Shown here in pieces: positions 21,065 through 30,811 of a stretch of DNA of 64,000 bases. The stretch is taken from the IMG/VR virus record IMGVR_UViG_3300028833_000075, positions 64,001 to 128,000 of that record. One strand, 5' to 3'. The position numbers and the translations under genes are program-made. Under the pieces are notes generated by a model. It saw only the letters and a program-made list of their open reading frames with translations, made no database searches and was not told the DNA's origin. The DNA comes from a virus (lineage: Duplodnaviria > Caudoviricetes). The stretch's first letter is position 1. The number at the start of each line of letters is the position of its first letter.

Positions 21065-21141
21065 GCAGAATCAGAGAAAGAGTTTCCCCGTTTAAGGAAG
21101 ATTTTTCAAGCACATTGCTGTGCAGGGTGCCACATACGTTT

Positions 21142-21609
21142 AGCACTCTTATAGGACGTGTCCATACCCGGAATGCTCGTAATACGAGCGCGGAACACCT
21201 TCACGATGTAGTAACCAACAATGGAGCTTTCGGTGCAGTCGTCGCCAGAGCCGTACACGGGCCAGATGGCTGTACATTCGCCGATAGCAGATTCCTTGTT
21301 GGTGATGATGGCTTCAGAGACTTCCTTCGTGTAGTTGTACACAACATCCACAAAATCAATGTCATCGTCAGCAGAGAAGGTGATCGTCTTGCCGTTGATC
21401 AGATAATGACCAGCGGTCACAGTACCGGACTGTGTGGTAATGGGTTCCAGATTCGCGATGTACACAGAACCCTCGATAGGAGTCTGCAGCAGATTAATCT
21501 GGTGGTTCTGATCGGGTTCATGCCGCTCAGCAGTAGGCAGAGCATAGTTAGCATTAGCCGCATACTCAGTCTTGTTCGCCATTGCAAACAGGTCGGCATC
21601 GAACTTACC
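21142..21609 (-). CDS. Major tail (tube) protein, exon 2 (GKFDADLF...DTSYKSA)
   Basis: 156 codons between the two introns; codon usage like capsid gene. Confidence 0.8.
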
Positions 21610-22559
21610 CATGATGTTCAGTATGATTCGTTACTTCATACCCGTCACTTACGTGACTGCTCTATGTTGCCATAGAGTTCAGACTATATCTTCACCCTAT
21701 AAAATAGGGGCCAGCCATTTCGAACCACTTGGTTCTACTCCCTTATGGGATAGTCGTTAGACTTTTATGTTGTTGTTTATATATCCAATGATATCCGCCA
21801 GCCGTTTTGCTTCTACCCGTTAAAACACTCGATATCGAACCTTGAGAAGTATTTGACATTTTTGCCGCCATTCCAATTGATGGATAAACAGCACCTGTTT
21901 CAACACAAACGACTTCTTTTCTGTTTTTATTGTTCATTGCAATCTTAATTTTTGATTCTTCAGATAAAACATGAGTTTTACCTATATGAGCGATTCGATT
22001 TTTTTGTTTTGATTCTTCAGATTGTTTCTTACCTAAACAATTTGTATTTCCAGTAGAAGCTTTTCGTATCTTTTCTTTTGTTTCTTCTGATCTTTTTATT
22101 CCAGTTAAAGCGTTTTTAATTTTATTTTTTGTTTCTTCTGAATGTCGTGTTCGAGATCCGCCTGAATCTAGATTATATCCATATCCCATATCAGTTGTTT
22201 TAAACTCTGAAATTAATTGCTTTTCTAAATCAGAAGCTTCTTCTGCCGTTAATCCGGAAGCGTAAATTATATGTTCAAATTCACTCCATCCGTATTTCTT
22301 TACGGCGTTAGAAAAATACTTATTGTGGCTGTAGTTTGTTCCATTATGCCATCTTTCATTTGGCTTTTGACTTGTCAATCCTATATATCGTTTATTGTTT
22401 ACTTTGTTTCGATGGATATACACACAATAATCTCTACTCATTTTCATTCTCTCTTTCATAACAACAACAATTTAGTACGGTGAGTTGCCCTTGTAGGGGT
22501 TTCTCCGTTTAAGCTGGGATTTGTACATATCATTACTGATATGCCCTGCAGTTTTGTTT
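21610..22559 (-). mobile_element. Group I intron 1 in tail-tube gene
   Basis: P1 CCUGU/GCAGG with U.G; core UCUAACGACUAUCCC ... GAAGAUAUAGUCUGAAC; ends in G. Confidence 0.85.
21743..22459 (-). CDS. Intron-encoded GIY-YIG homing endonuclease
   Basis: VYIH...KRYIGLT...RW...GYNL; HSEETKNKI / SEETKEKI repeats; C-terminal HTH-like module. Confidence 0.9.
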   Translation of the reverse strand: MKERMKMSRDYCVYIHRNKVNNKRYIGLTSQKPNERWHNGTNYSHNKYFSNAVKKYGWSEFEHIIYASGLTAEEASDLEKQLISEFKTTDMGYGYNLDSGGSRTRHSEETKNKIKNALTGIKRSEETKEKIRKASTGNTNCLGKKQSEESKQKNRIAHIGKTHVLSEESKIKIAMNNKNRKEVVCVETGAVYPSIGMAAKMSNTSQGSISSVLTGRSKTAGGYHWIYKQQHKSLTTIP

Positions 22560-22772
22560 ACAGGTAAAGTTCATAGTAAAGGTGGAACTGCCGGGCAGAA
22601 CAGCCACAGGGAACAGAGACCAACCGGCATTAACATCCAGAGTCTCGATGTTCGCACTAACAGTTGCAGCAGTCAGCTCATCAAACGCATAGGCATGGCC
22701 ATCGCACCGACGGAAAATAACCTTCGGGACATCGGCAACATAGCCTTTAAGCGCAGCATTATAGGTCGCCAT
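22560..22772 (-). CDS. Major tail (tube) protein, exon 1 (MATYNAAL...FTMNFTC); spliced product ~254 aa
   Basis: GAGAGG RBS; joins exon 2 in frame; position between head-tail genes and chaperones. Confidence 0.8.
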
Positions 22773-22934
22773 AGTACATGACCTCTCTTATAATTTATTT
22801 ATACCTCGGCCTCAATAATCTGTCCTCCCAGAAACTTCATATGTTGGCTTAGATATAGCAATGTAGAGGCCTTTAAATAACCTTTGCGACGTTAACCCAG
22901 CCGCCGGAGTGTATTATCAGCCCATGCAGGCTAA

Positions 22935-23402
22935 TTAGTACGGCTTCATATAGTAAAAGGAAATACTCCTTCTCTCGTAGCCGTTTGTTCTGGTTCCGGG
23001 GTCATCATTTCCCGGCGCAAGCCAGAAACGATATCCCGTTCCTGCAAGATATCTTTGCTGTGTTAAAAGTTTATAAATACGTTCAACAATCAGATCCATC
23101 CGTGAAACTAAACGATCGTCTCCGATGTTGCGCATTTCTTCTTGCTTTAAATAAATATCAAATGTTAGTATATTTTTTTTGACATTTGGCACTTCGGTAT
23201 CATGTCCCGTAATATCAGAATATATGATTCTGCAAACTTCATCTGTTAAGAGTTTGTTTGTATATCCGGCACGAATAAAATATCTATCGACAAATTGCAA
23301 GATGCCTGTCTTTGGAGGTATTTTCATTAGCCGCTTTAAGTCGAGATCAGGCCAAATGATCTGCCGGATTATTTTATTCCATGCATAAGTCCAGCCAATC
23401 AT
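22935..23402 (-). CDS. Putative tail terminator/completion protein
   Basis: Size and position immediately before tail tube. Confidence 0.55.
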   Translation of the reverse strand: MIGWTYAWNKIIRQIIWPDLDLKRLMKIPPKTGILQFVDRYFIRAGYTNKLLTDEVCRIIYSDITGHDTEVPNVKKNILTFDIYLKQEEMRNIGDDRLVSRMDLIVERIYKLLTQQRYLAGTGYRFWLAPGNDDPGTRTNGYERRSISFYYMKPY

Positions 23403-23815
23403 TTTAAAACACCTCCTAATTGTTCTTGTATTTTTTGAATAATTGGTTCCTTACACGATTCTGCCAGCCGATTTTTTACATCAGCCGTCGCTAATCTGTC
23501 TTGAACCATATCGTTTATTCGTGATTTAATAACAGAATAAGCATTGGAAAGAATAAATTCAGCGTAAGAATCTACTCCGTCCGGGATAGATAAATAATAT
23601 AAACGAGCTGAGATATTGTTGTCAGATATCGTTACCTCTGCTCTTGCTTGTCTTGCAAGATCGCTTAATTTATTTTGCTGTGTTTCAGATTGAGCCGCAG
23701 AAGCTTCGGCCATAATCTCATACTCAAAATATCTTCGACATTCGGATTGCATGTCGAATCCTTGATCTCCAAGGATTTCAGCAAGATTATTAATTTTAAT
23801 ATCCATGCAAACCAC
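23399..23815 (-). CDS. Putative neck/tail-completion protein
   Basis: Synteny; overlapping start/stop with neighbours. Confidence 0.5.
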   Translation of the reverse strand: MVCMDIKINNLAEILGDQGFDMQSECRRYFEYEIMAEASAAQSETQQNKLSDLARQARAEVTISDNNISARLYYLSIPDGVDSYAEFILSNAYSVIKSRINDMVQDRLATADVKNRLAESCKEPIIQKIQEQLGGVLK

Positions 23816-24569
23816 CTGGCTGTTTTTTAGCTTGGATTTTTAGTGTGCCGAATGTGCCTGTTATGTCTACGCCAACCCTGTTAATATCAACGATTTCATA
23901 TGTTTCGTCGCCCCATTCAAATATATCATCGACATGAATATTTTTTGTTTGCTCGTTAAATTGAACAGTTAAAAGCGTTAAAGCGTTAACGACTCCACCT
24001 GGCGTTCCGGATACTGTGACGTATTCCGGTCTTCCATCGTATCTGTATGCGTTGCACGGGATTGGCTCGACAATTGTTTGAAATTGTCCTTCGTTTCCAT
24101 AATCGTACTTTTCTCCGCTTACTACATACCCATCTTCATTAATTACGTAGCCTTCTTCGTCGACTTCAGCCGCTTTAAATCTTTTTATGTTCAGATATAA
24201 ATTACAGCGCACAGCTCTGGATGGAATGTCGTTCGACTCTTTATGACCGTCCCAGTCTAGAATAAAAATTGTTGAATCTGGTTCGACAACCATGTCTCCC
24301 TTTCTGATTCCGCTTGTAAGGGAGCAACGTATATTCATATTATTGTCTGTATTTTCATATCGGCTTTTTGTACTGTCTGGATAGATTTCTCCACGGATAT
24401 AAACTGGTTCATAACCTTCTTTGTTCCTGTTGTACCAATTATGGATAAGTTCAAAATCCATGTTTGTATTAGGGATATCCCTATCCAGGAAAGCATCGAA
24501 GTCTGCGGCTAATGTTCTTGGAACCCTAAACCGCTTGGAGGTACCTTGCGGTACATATGGAATAGACAT
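23796..24569 (-). CDS. Putative head-closure protein
   Basis: 257 aa beta-rich ORF in head-tail region. Confidence 0.55.
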   Translation of the reverse strand: MSIPYVPQGTSKRFRVPRTLAADFDAFLDRDIPNTNMDFELIHNWYNRNKEGYEPVYIRGEIYPDSTKSRYENTDNNMNIRCSLTSGIRKGDMVVEPDSTIFILDWDGHKESNDIPSRAVRCNLYLNIKRFKAAEVDEEGYVINEDGYVVSGEKYDYGNEGQFQTIVEPIPCNAYRYDGRPEYVTVSGTPGGVVNALTLLTVQFNEQTKNIHVDDIFEWGDETYEIVDINRVGVDITGTFGTLKIQAKKQPGGLHGY

Positions 24570-24584
24570 TAGCCGTCACTCCTT

Positions 24585-24914
24585 TTATTTCATAGTTTGG
24601 TTAATAAAATCAGAGATAGATATTTGATCTGCTTTGATTCCCTTGTATGTAAGATTTTGTGGCAGCCGTTTAATTGCGTTTGCCTGATCCAGCATTTTAT
24701 GTCGAATCTTTTTAAAGCGTTCCATCATTTCCGGATCCCATTCTTCTTTCTGTTTGTTCCCGGAAAATACATAGAATGCATCTTCGATTTCCATAATCAG
24801 ACGCATTAATTCAAGATTAAGCATCTCAGTATAGGAAATGAAATCATATTCTTTCTCGACAACTGTCTCGAGATTCTTGTTTTTATATTCTACTTTCACG
24901 ATAAAGTCACTCAT
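24585..24914 (-). CDS. Hypothetical protein (morphogenesis operon)
   Basis: 109-aa ORF with RBS. Confidence 0.6.
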   Translation of the reverse strand: MSDFIVKVEYKNKNLETVVEKEYDFISYTEMLNLELMRLIMEIEDAFYVFSGNKQKEEWDPEMMERFKKIRHKMLDQANAIKRLPQNLTYKGIKADQISISDFINQTMK

Positions 24915-24929
24915 TTGCCTTCAAATCCT

Positions 24930-25430
24930 TTACGATACGCCAAGAGTATATCGAACCATCTTGTAGTAAATGATTCTTCGCTCGTTGTCGAGTTTGTCAA
25001 TTGTGTCTTTAAGATTAGTATACGGTTTATCTGCATTTGTTACCGTTATTGCATCAGTAGAGTAACCGAAGGCATTATTCACATCGCTTTGCACTTTAGA
25101 AAAAAAATTTATTTCTGCGCAGATTTGAATATATCTTCTTTCGTCTAACGGAAACACCGCGTCGTAACCGTAATATGTAATAGTTTCACTTTCTTCGAAA
25201 GAGCTTTCGGGTTCTTCAATGCCTTCAGGTTCTTCTTCTGTTACTGTTACATACTTTTCTTCGTCGTATTGTTCTGAGCGGCCAGTATCGACGAAGAGCC
25301 TTTCGATTCCATCTATAACCATATTAATATAATTCTTGTCGGTTAATGGAACTGGAGTTTCCTGCCACTCCGTCTTTTCTTTCAGCCATTCGGCTAATTT
25401 TGATATGTTTAACATACTGGCTGCCTCCAA
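24930..25430 (-). CDS. Putative head-tail adaptor
   Basis: Helical ~160-aa ORF shortly after capsid. Confidence 0.55.
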   Translation of the reverse strand: MEAASMLNISKLAEWLKEKTEWQETPVPLTDKNYINMVIDGIERLFVDTGRSEQYDEEKYVTVTEEEPEGIEEPESSFEESETITYYGYDAVFPLDERRYIQICAEINFFSKVQSDVNNAFGYSTDAITVTNADKPYTNLKDTIDKLDNERRIIYYKMVRYTLGVS

Positions 25431-25434
25431 TTAT

Positions 25435-25884
25435 TTACTCGCTAAACACATCTGCTTCGGGAAGTCTTGCCATGATTACCTTCATCTTGCTAGTTGGAAG
25501 ATCCATGCTCTTTGCAACGTCCAAAATAGAATTAAGTTCAATCACGTCTTCAATCTTCTCAAGCCAAACTTCGATCTGTTTAGCTGATTTTTTCAAGTTT
25601 GCGCTGATCTCGTCTTTACTGAAATGTTTTTCAGAATATGTATCTGTATAACCGCCAAGATCCTCCAGCGTCAGATCCTTGCCGTCATCGCTTACGGCAA
25701 CCAATTCTTTGGAAGAGAATGGCTTCTTCTTTCCGCGAGCGATTGTTTCCAGATACAGAATGTCGTTAACTGTCATAGGCAGAAAACTACCTGCCCGAAT
25801 AATGGGCTTAACACCGCTTGTCAGTGTTACACCGATGTCATAACCACAACGGTTGAATACCCTGAATACTTTTGATCCATCCAT
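25435..25884 (-). CDS. Hypothetical virion/assembly protein
   Basis: 149-aa ORF right after capsid terminator. Confidence 0.6.
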   Translation of the reverse strand: MDGSKVFRVFNRCGYDIGVTLTSGVKPIIRAGSFLPMTVNDILYLETIARGKKKPFSSKELVAVSDDGKDLTLEDLGGYTDTYSEKHFSKDEISANLKKSAKQIEVWLEKIEDVIELNSILDVAKSMDLPTSKMKVIMARLPEADVFSE

Positions 25885-25914
25885 GTTCCTTCAATCCTTT
25901 CGAAATTAAAAAGC

Positions 25915-25938
25915 GGGGAGAGGCCAAAGCCTCTCCCC
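25915..25938 (-). terminator. Intrinsic terminator after capsid gene
   Basis: GGGGAGAGGC-CAAA-GCCTCTCCCC stem with flanking A/T tracts. Confidence 0.7.
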
Positions 25939-25959
25939 TTTATTTTTACCCGTTTTAGT

Positions 25960-26964
25960 TTACGCAATCTCGTGAGCGCCAGCTGTAGGATTCTTGCCAA
26001 CAACGAAGGCCGCGCCAAACCAAGTGTAAAGCAGCACTTCGGTAACGCGATCATCGATGTTCTGAGAAGCCATAGAGTTGATACCGCCTTCATTGACGAT
26101 CTTCAGGTTCCGCATTTCAGCAGACTGTCCGCCAGGAACGATGTAGATCCAGTCAGGATTCAGCACAGGAGTCACGCCATCAGCCTTGTAAGCATTGTTC
26201 ATACCTACAACATCAGCGCCCTTCCACTTGCCGAGGAAGCCATTGCCATTATGCTCATCGATCATGGAGCCGGAGTATGCCCAAGTAGGCGTAGTGTTGA
26301 TAGTCATGCCAGCAGAAGCATCCAGCTGACCCACAGCCGCAATATCGCCCAGCAGTGTCACAGGACCCAGCCGACGGAAATGCAGCACCTGAGCCTCCAG
26401 CAGAGCAGGATTGAAGCCGCCGGTGCTCTTGGCGTACCAAGGAGTTGCATTCACATTCTGGAAGCCAGCCTGCAGAACGTTCTCCACGATCTCCAGCTTC
26501 TTTTCCAGAATCTTGGCATTCGCTTCACGAATCAGGTCGGCCATATTGAAGCGGCCAGCCTTCAGATCAACGATGTTGATAGCAGGACGAGCGGAGATTT
26601 CCTTCGTCCCGACCAGCAGCTGGTGATCTGTAATGTAGCTACGGGCAGTGGTGGCACCCTTAGCCTGAACATAAGCATGGATGCCGTCGGTGCGAACCTT
26701 GAAAGCCGCCTTTTCGCCGTAGTTGATATTCTTTTCGTCGGCAATCGCGCCGAGGAAATCCAGAGCCTTATTCTGCAGCTCTTCAACTGTAAACGCAACG
26801 ATCTGACCGATCTGATGGCAGGTCTGAGGATTCAGGTCTTCCAGCAGTTCAGAGATCAGGCTGTTCGCCTTTTCGATCTGATCGGAGTCGATGCGTTCAT
26901 TCTGATTTTGAGCGGCCAGAACCTTGATCAGCTTTGTGCCGCGTTCAATCTTAATATCAGTCAT
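25960..26964 (-). CDS. Major capsid protein
   Basis: 334 aa, GGAGG RBS, strongly biased codons, follows protease/scaffold and decoration-like gene. Confidence 0.8.
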   Translation of the reverse strand: MTDIKIERGTKLIKVLAAQNQNERIDSDQIEKANSLISELLEDLNPQTCHQIGQIVAFTVEELQNKALDFLGAIADEKNINYGEKAAFKVRTDGIHAYVQAKGATTARSYITDHQLLVGTKEISARPAINIVDLKAGRFNMADLIREANAKILEKKLEIVENVLQAGFQNVNATPWYAKSTGGFNPALLEAQVLHFRRLGPVTLLGDIAAVGQLDASAGMTINTTPTWAYSGSMIDEHNGNGFLGKWKGADVVGMNNAYKADGVTPVLNPDWIYIVPGGQSAEMRNLKIVNEGGINSMASQNIDDRVTEVLLYTWFGAAFVVGKNPTAGAHEIA

Positions 26965-26980
26965 GTCCGTTCACCTCCGA

Positions 26981-27397
26981 TTAACCGATAGCGCCGGTAG
27001 CCAGAACGCCGTAGGAAGTTCCCACAGTGTACGCACTCGCAGCGCCGCTCACAATAAACTCTTCGCCAACCAGCAGGGGATGAGCGCGAAGCAGGTCCCC
27101 AACCTTCGTGACATATTCACGATTGTCGTATTCTCCGCCATCGTTAAAGTCGTCCATACCATTCTCAACGAAATAGTACCGCTTGTTCAGCTTATCAACA
27201 ACAAAACGATAGCCAAGTTCACCATAGATATCGGTGATTTCCTTACAGACAAACTTGGTAGTAGTATCGGCAGCAGGCAGCACCAGAGAGTCGCCATCCT
27301 GCACCATAATAGTGCCGTTAGCAACAGGAGCGGCTGCGCCGTTTACCAGTTCGCCTTCATACACATAGCCTTGAAGCTTTGTCATATAGCCAGCCAT
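26981..27397 (-). CDS. Capsid decoration/cement protein (putative)
   Basis: 138-aa Gly/Ala/Val-rich ORF between scaffold and capsid. Confidence 0.6.
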   Translation of the reverse strand: MAGYMTKLQGYVYEGELVNGAAAPVANGTIMVQDGDSLVLPAADTTTKFVCKEITDIYGELGYRFVVDKLNKRYYFVENGMDDFNDGGEYDNREYVTKVGDLLRAHPLLVGEEFIVSGAASAYTVGTSYGVLATGAIG

Positions 27398-27428
27398 AGT
27401 AAATCATTTCCTTTCGATAGATTTCTGC

Positions 27429-28832
27429 TTATCGACTAAGCAGATCCCGTCCGTTCTTCTTTTCTGCGGGTTGAAGCAGATCGTAGTAATCAGCTTTAGC
27501 CGTCATCGAATCAACAAACGGGTTAATCGCTTCTGCTGCAACATTAAGTTTTTCCGCAGAAGCCGTAACACGCTGTTCCTTCAGAGATTTAACCTCTTCA
27601 GCCAGAGCCTTTACGGTCTCTGTTAATTCAGCAATCAACTGTTCAGCGGTCTTTTTCTTCTCGTCGTCGTTTTCAACGCGAGGCACGGTTTCATCGGCAG
27701 CGGGTTCGGGATCTCCATCACCGGACTCGCCGGAGTTATCCGTGGGTACAGGATCATTCGCAGTAGGTTCCGGATCACCGTCAGCCTCAGCGACACGTAA
27801 ACCTTCTTCGGTCTCTACGAGAGTGCCTTCGATCGTGTCGCTTGCGCCTTCAGTTACTTCAACTCTTTGAAACGCAGACTTTCCAGTTTCGGAATCGTAT
27901 GCATATGTTGTTTCAGTAACAGAAGTTGTAGTGTCTACGTACACTGCCGCAGTTTCTTTTTCGGCTTCTTCAGCCTTTTTTTCTTCCTTTTTACAGGAAG
28001 CATCTTCGGTCTTTTCTTCTTCAGCTTTTACAGTTTCTTCTGTGTTCTCAACAGTTTTTTCAGCTGTTTCTTGGACCTTTGTTTCAGCCGTCTCGGTTTC
28101 CTGTTCGGCTACCGCTTCGGGCTGAGTTGCAGCCTGTTCAGGCTGGGTGGCTTCAGTGTTTTCTTCAGCCATAAGCTCTTGCTTGTTTTCAAGCTTTTCA
28201 ACTTCCGCCATTTCCATCTCACCCCTTTCGGTGTTTCCTGCTTCGCGCTGTGCGACAAATTCAAGCGCAACAGCATCTTCACAAGCAGGGAAGGTCACAA
28301 TGGCCGTGCCTTCCAGGTAATTGTTTTCGGACGCATCGATAATAAGGATTCCTTCTTCATCTTCTTCGTAATCAGAACAGGCAATTTCAAAAGAAAATTT
28401 AAGAGAGCCGTCTGCAAAAAGAGTCGCAATTGCTTGACTTAATTTTTTGTTACGCTTCGGAATCCTGGCATAACCTACAAGATAAGCCCCGCCTTTAAAC
28501 GTTTCTTTTTCGAATTGATAGAAAGATCCAATCTGCGTCGAATAGAATTCTCCGGTCTTAGCATTGTACATGTGACCGAGATTACCGTACTTTCCGCTAA
28601 GTAAAGACTTAACATCTGCGTACAGCGGCAGTCCGACATACCGTTCTTCGTTACCGACGACTTCGTCGATAAAAGCTTCAGTAACTCTAACTCCATTAAG
28701 ATTCGCTTTAGGAGTCTCAAGTATTCGCATCTTTACAGACATGAACATATCGGACTGTTTCATTTCGGAGATGACAGAAGCAAAGCTGATAAATTTGGCC
28801 TTACTCATAAAGTTCTCCTTCTTTGCTTTCAA
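27429..28832 (-). CDS. Prohead protease with acidic scaffold C-terminus
   Basis: N-terminal ANLNG...GH...FSFEI...PACEDA protease-like region, then very Glu-rich tail. Confidence 0.7.
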   Translation of the reverse strand: MKAKKENFMSKAKFISFASVISEMKQSDMFMSVKMRILETPKANLNGVRVTEAFIDEVVGNEERYVGLPLYADVKSLLSGKYGNLGHMYNAKTGEFYSTQIGSFYQFEKETFKGGAYLVGYARIPKRNKKLSQAIATLFADGSLKFSFEIACSDYEEDEEGILIIDASENNYLEGTAIVTFPACEDAVALEFVAQREAGNTERGEMEMAEVEKLENKQELMAEENTEATQPEQAATQPEAVAEQETETAETKVQETAEKTVENTEETVKAEEEKTEDASCKKEEKKAEEAEKETAAVYVDTTTSVTETTYAYDSETGKSAFQRVEVTEGASDTIEGTLVETEEGLRVAEADGDPEPTANDPVPTDNSGESGDGDPEPAADETVPRVENDDEKKKTAEQLIAELTETVKALAEEVKSLKEQRVTASAEKLNVAAEAINPFVDSMTAKADYYDLLQPAEKKNGRDLLSR

Positions 28833-28988
28833 TTGTCAATGCTGGGAGTCAAGGCCAATTGAAGCGAATCTATATCAACACTGTAAAGTGTAGATATCGT
28901 CGGCTGTCAGTTAACGCAAGATAAAAGCGCGCCTCTTGCAAAAACTGTTTAACGATATTTTACGAGCTCGTTTACGGCCAAGTGCTCG

Positions 28989-29064
28989 TGGCTGCCCCTG
29001 TGGGGTTTGAACCCACGGCCTTCGGATTAACAGTCCGCTGCTCATCCAGCCGAGCTCAAGGGCA
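28989..29064 (-). tRNA. tRNA-Asn(GTT)
   Basis: TGCCCTTGAGCTCGGCTGGATGAGCAGCGGACTGTTAATCCGAAGGCCGTGGGTTCAAACCCCACAGGGGCAGCCA cloverleaf with encoded CCA. Confidence 0.9.
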
Positions 29065-29206
29065 AAGGAAACACCGGGGCCGAAGCCCCGGCTTTCGATA
29101 TCCGTACTTTGAGTGACGGCAACTCAGGTTTTCAGATAAACCTTTTAACATAAAAAAGATATGGATTTGTTTATAACGGGCGTTCCATACTTTACGTCCG
29201 TATATG

Positions 29207-30793
29207 TTAGCCGGAATCTTCCGGTCTTGAACCTTCAGGATTTGACGGCTTAGGATTTTTTGCCCTGTCTGCGCTGTCCGGGTCGGACGTGCGTTCATTA
29301 CTGTCTTTTTCCGGTCTGCCCGCTCCTTCGGACGGCTGTGCGACATTTCCTTCCCTTGAAACAAGTACGGAATCTATTTCTTCAGATTCTTCTTTTCGTT
29401 GTTCGACTTCTTTGTCGATTGAATATCCGTAAGCATCTAAGTAAGTCTTAGTTGAAACAACACCGCGAGACCAGAGTTCTTTACATGCTTCACGAAGAGC
29501 TTTTTTGCCCTCCATAGACAGAGGCATAAATTTAAATTCAGGGATTTCTTTCAGATTGTACGTACCGGGAATTATCTCTGTAAGGCGTTCGTTTATCCGA
29601 TTCATCAACTCACAGAACTTTTCTCTTGCATCGTTGATCCTTGCTTCGGCTGTCTGCATTGAAATTTGAGCAGACGCAAACGTAGAACCGTCTTCGGATA
29701 TGCCGCTTACGACAATACCTGATACACCGCCTGCAGAAAGAATATCGTTATTTACATCACGGTACTTATCCCATTGGAACAAATCTGCTGTATCGGCCTG
29801 AACAAACTTAGAGTTTGCTAAATGGTTCGTAACAACAAGCGGGAATCCGGTCATACCCTTCTTAAAGATATTTGATACCTGCCGAAGCTGATTATTGTCA
29901 GGCAGCATATCGTATCCTTTGGTCGGGTCGCCGTATTGTGCATGAGCAAAACCGTGAGCCGCCAGATTTAAAATTGCTTTTTCGTAAGTTCCGATTAACT
30001 CTTTTCTGGATAATGGTTCTAACGCAGAAGCAATAAAAGGAATTGCATATCTATTCCAGCTTTCTTTGTTCCCTTGCATAACGTAAGTATTTTCTGGATT
30101 AAGTTGGACATATTGTTGTCCTTTGTTGATAGCAGTCTTTACTTCTTCAGGATAACCTTTGAAGTATTGATCTAAACTATTATCTTTAATCCATCCTTCG
30201 TAAATAGAGTATCCCTTTTCTCTCCATTCGTTCTGGATAGATAAACAATCAAAGTCTACAATAGGCATACCATTCAGCATCATATTGCCGATTCTGCATT
30301 TGTGAATAGGCAGAGTAATTAACTGTCCGTTTAAAAGATAACAGACAACGTTAGAATATTTCCAATATTCCAGCATAATCCCGTTAATTTTTTCTCTCAG
30401 TCGCATCCGTTTATATTGTTCTTCGTATAGTTTGATTGTTTTTTCGTTGTTTCCTGTTAACAGCCAATCGGAACAGGTTGAAAAAGGAACAAATACATGA
30501 TGCACAATGCCTTTTACAATCGGATCTGCATCTGTGTAGTAGTCTGCAAGCTGATATAAACTGATGATATTACCTTGTTTATCCCTGAGAATGGAATCGT
30601 AATCGTAACCGGAAAGATCGCCGCTGAATGTAATATTGGAGTTTGTATAACTCTGAAATACATCTGCGTCGTCTTTTGTTGCTCCGATAAACTCGTTTCT
30701 TCGAGTATTATCTATTGGTTCCTGTGAAACAACATTAGGTTTATAGGCAGCCCAAAATCGGGCGGTGGCCCGGAATCTATCGAACATACCCAA
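29207..30793 (-). CDS. Portal protein
   Basis: 528 aa between terminase and protease. Confidence 0.75.
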   Translation of the reverse strand: MGMFDRFRATARFWAAYKPNVVSQEPIDNTRRNEFIGATKDDADVFQSYTNSNITFSGDLSGYDYDSILRDKQGNIISLYQLADYYTDADPIVKGIVHHVFVPFSTCSDWLLTGNNEKTIKLYEEQYKRMRLREKINGIMLEYWKYSNVVCYLLNGQLITLPIHKCRIGNMMLNGMPIVDFDCLSIQNEWREKGYSIYEGWIKDNSLDQYFKGYPEEVKTAINKGQQYVQLNPENTYVMQGNKESWNRYAIPFIASALEPLSRKELIGTYEKAILNLAAHGFAHAQYGDPTKGYDMLPDNNQLRQVSNIFKKGMTGFPLVVTNHLANSKFVQADTADLFQWDKYRDVNNDILSAGGVSGIVVSGISEDGSTFASAQISMQTAEARINDAREKFCELMNRINERLTEIIPGTYNLKEIPEFKFMPLSMEGKKALREACKELWSRGVVSTKTYLDAYGYSIDKEVEQRKEESEEIDSVLVSREGNVAQPSEGAGRPEKDSNERTSDPDSADRAKNPKPSNPEGSRPEDSG

Positions 30794-30811
30794 GGCGCAT
30801 CGCCCCTTTCT

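Larger units (their letters stand above)
20144..21141 (-). mobile_element. Group I intron 2 in tail-tube gene
   Basis: P1 GUGCU/GGCAC with U.G at 5' splice site; core CCUAACGAUCA ... GAAGAUAUGAUCUGAAC; ends in G; contains endonuclease ORF. Confidence 0.85.

Noticed and set aside
21106-21612. 168-aa ORF (and 79-aa ORF 22533..22772) as independent genes
   Set aside because: They are exons plus intron read-through of the spliced tail-tube gene
25972-28442. Long plus-strand ORFs 25972..26991, 26924..27439, 27867..28442
   Set aside because: Antisense mirrors of codon-biased capsid, decoration and scaffold genes
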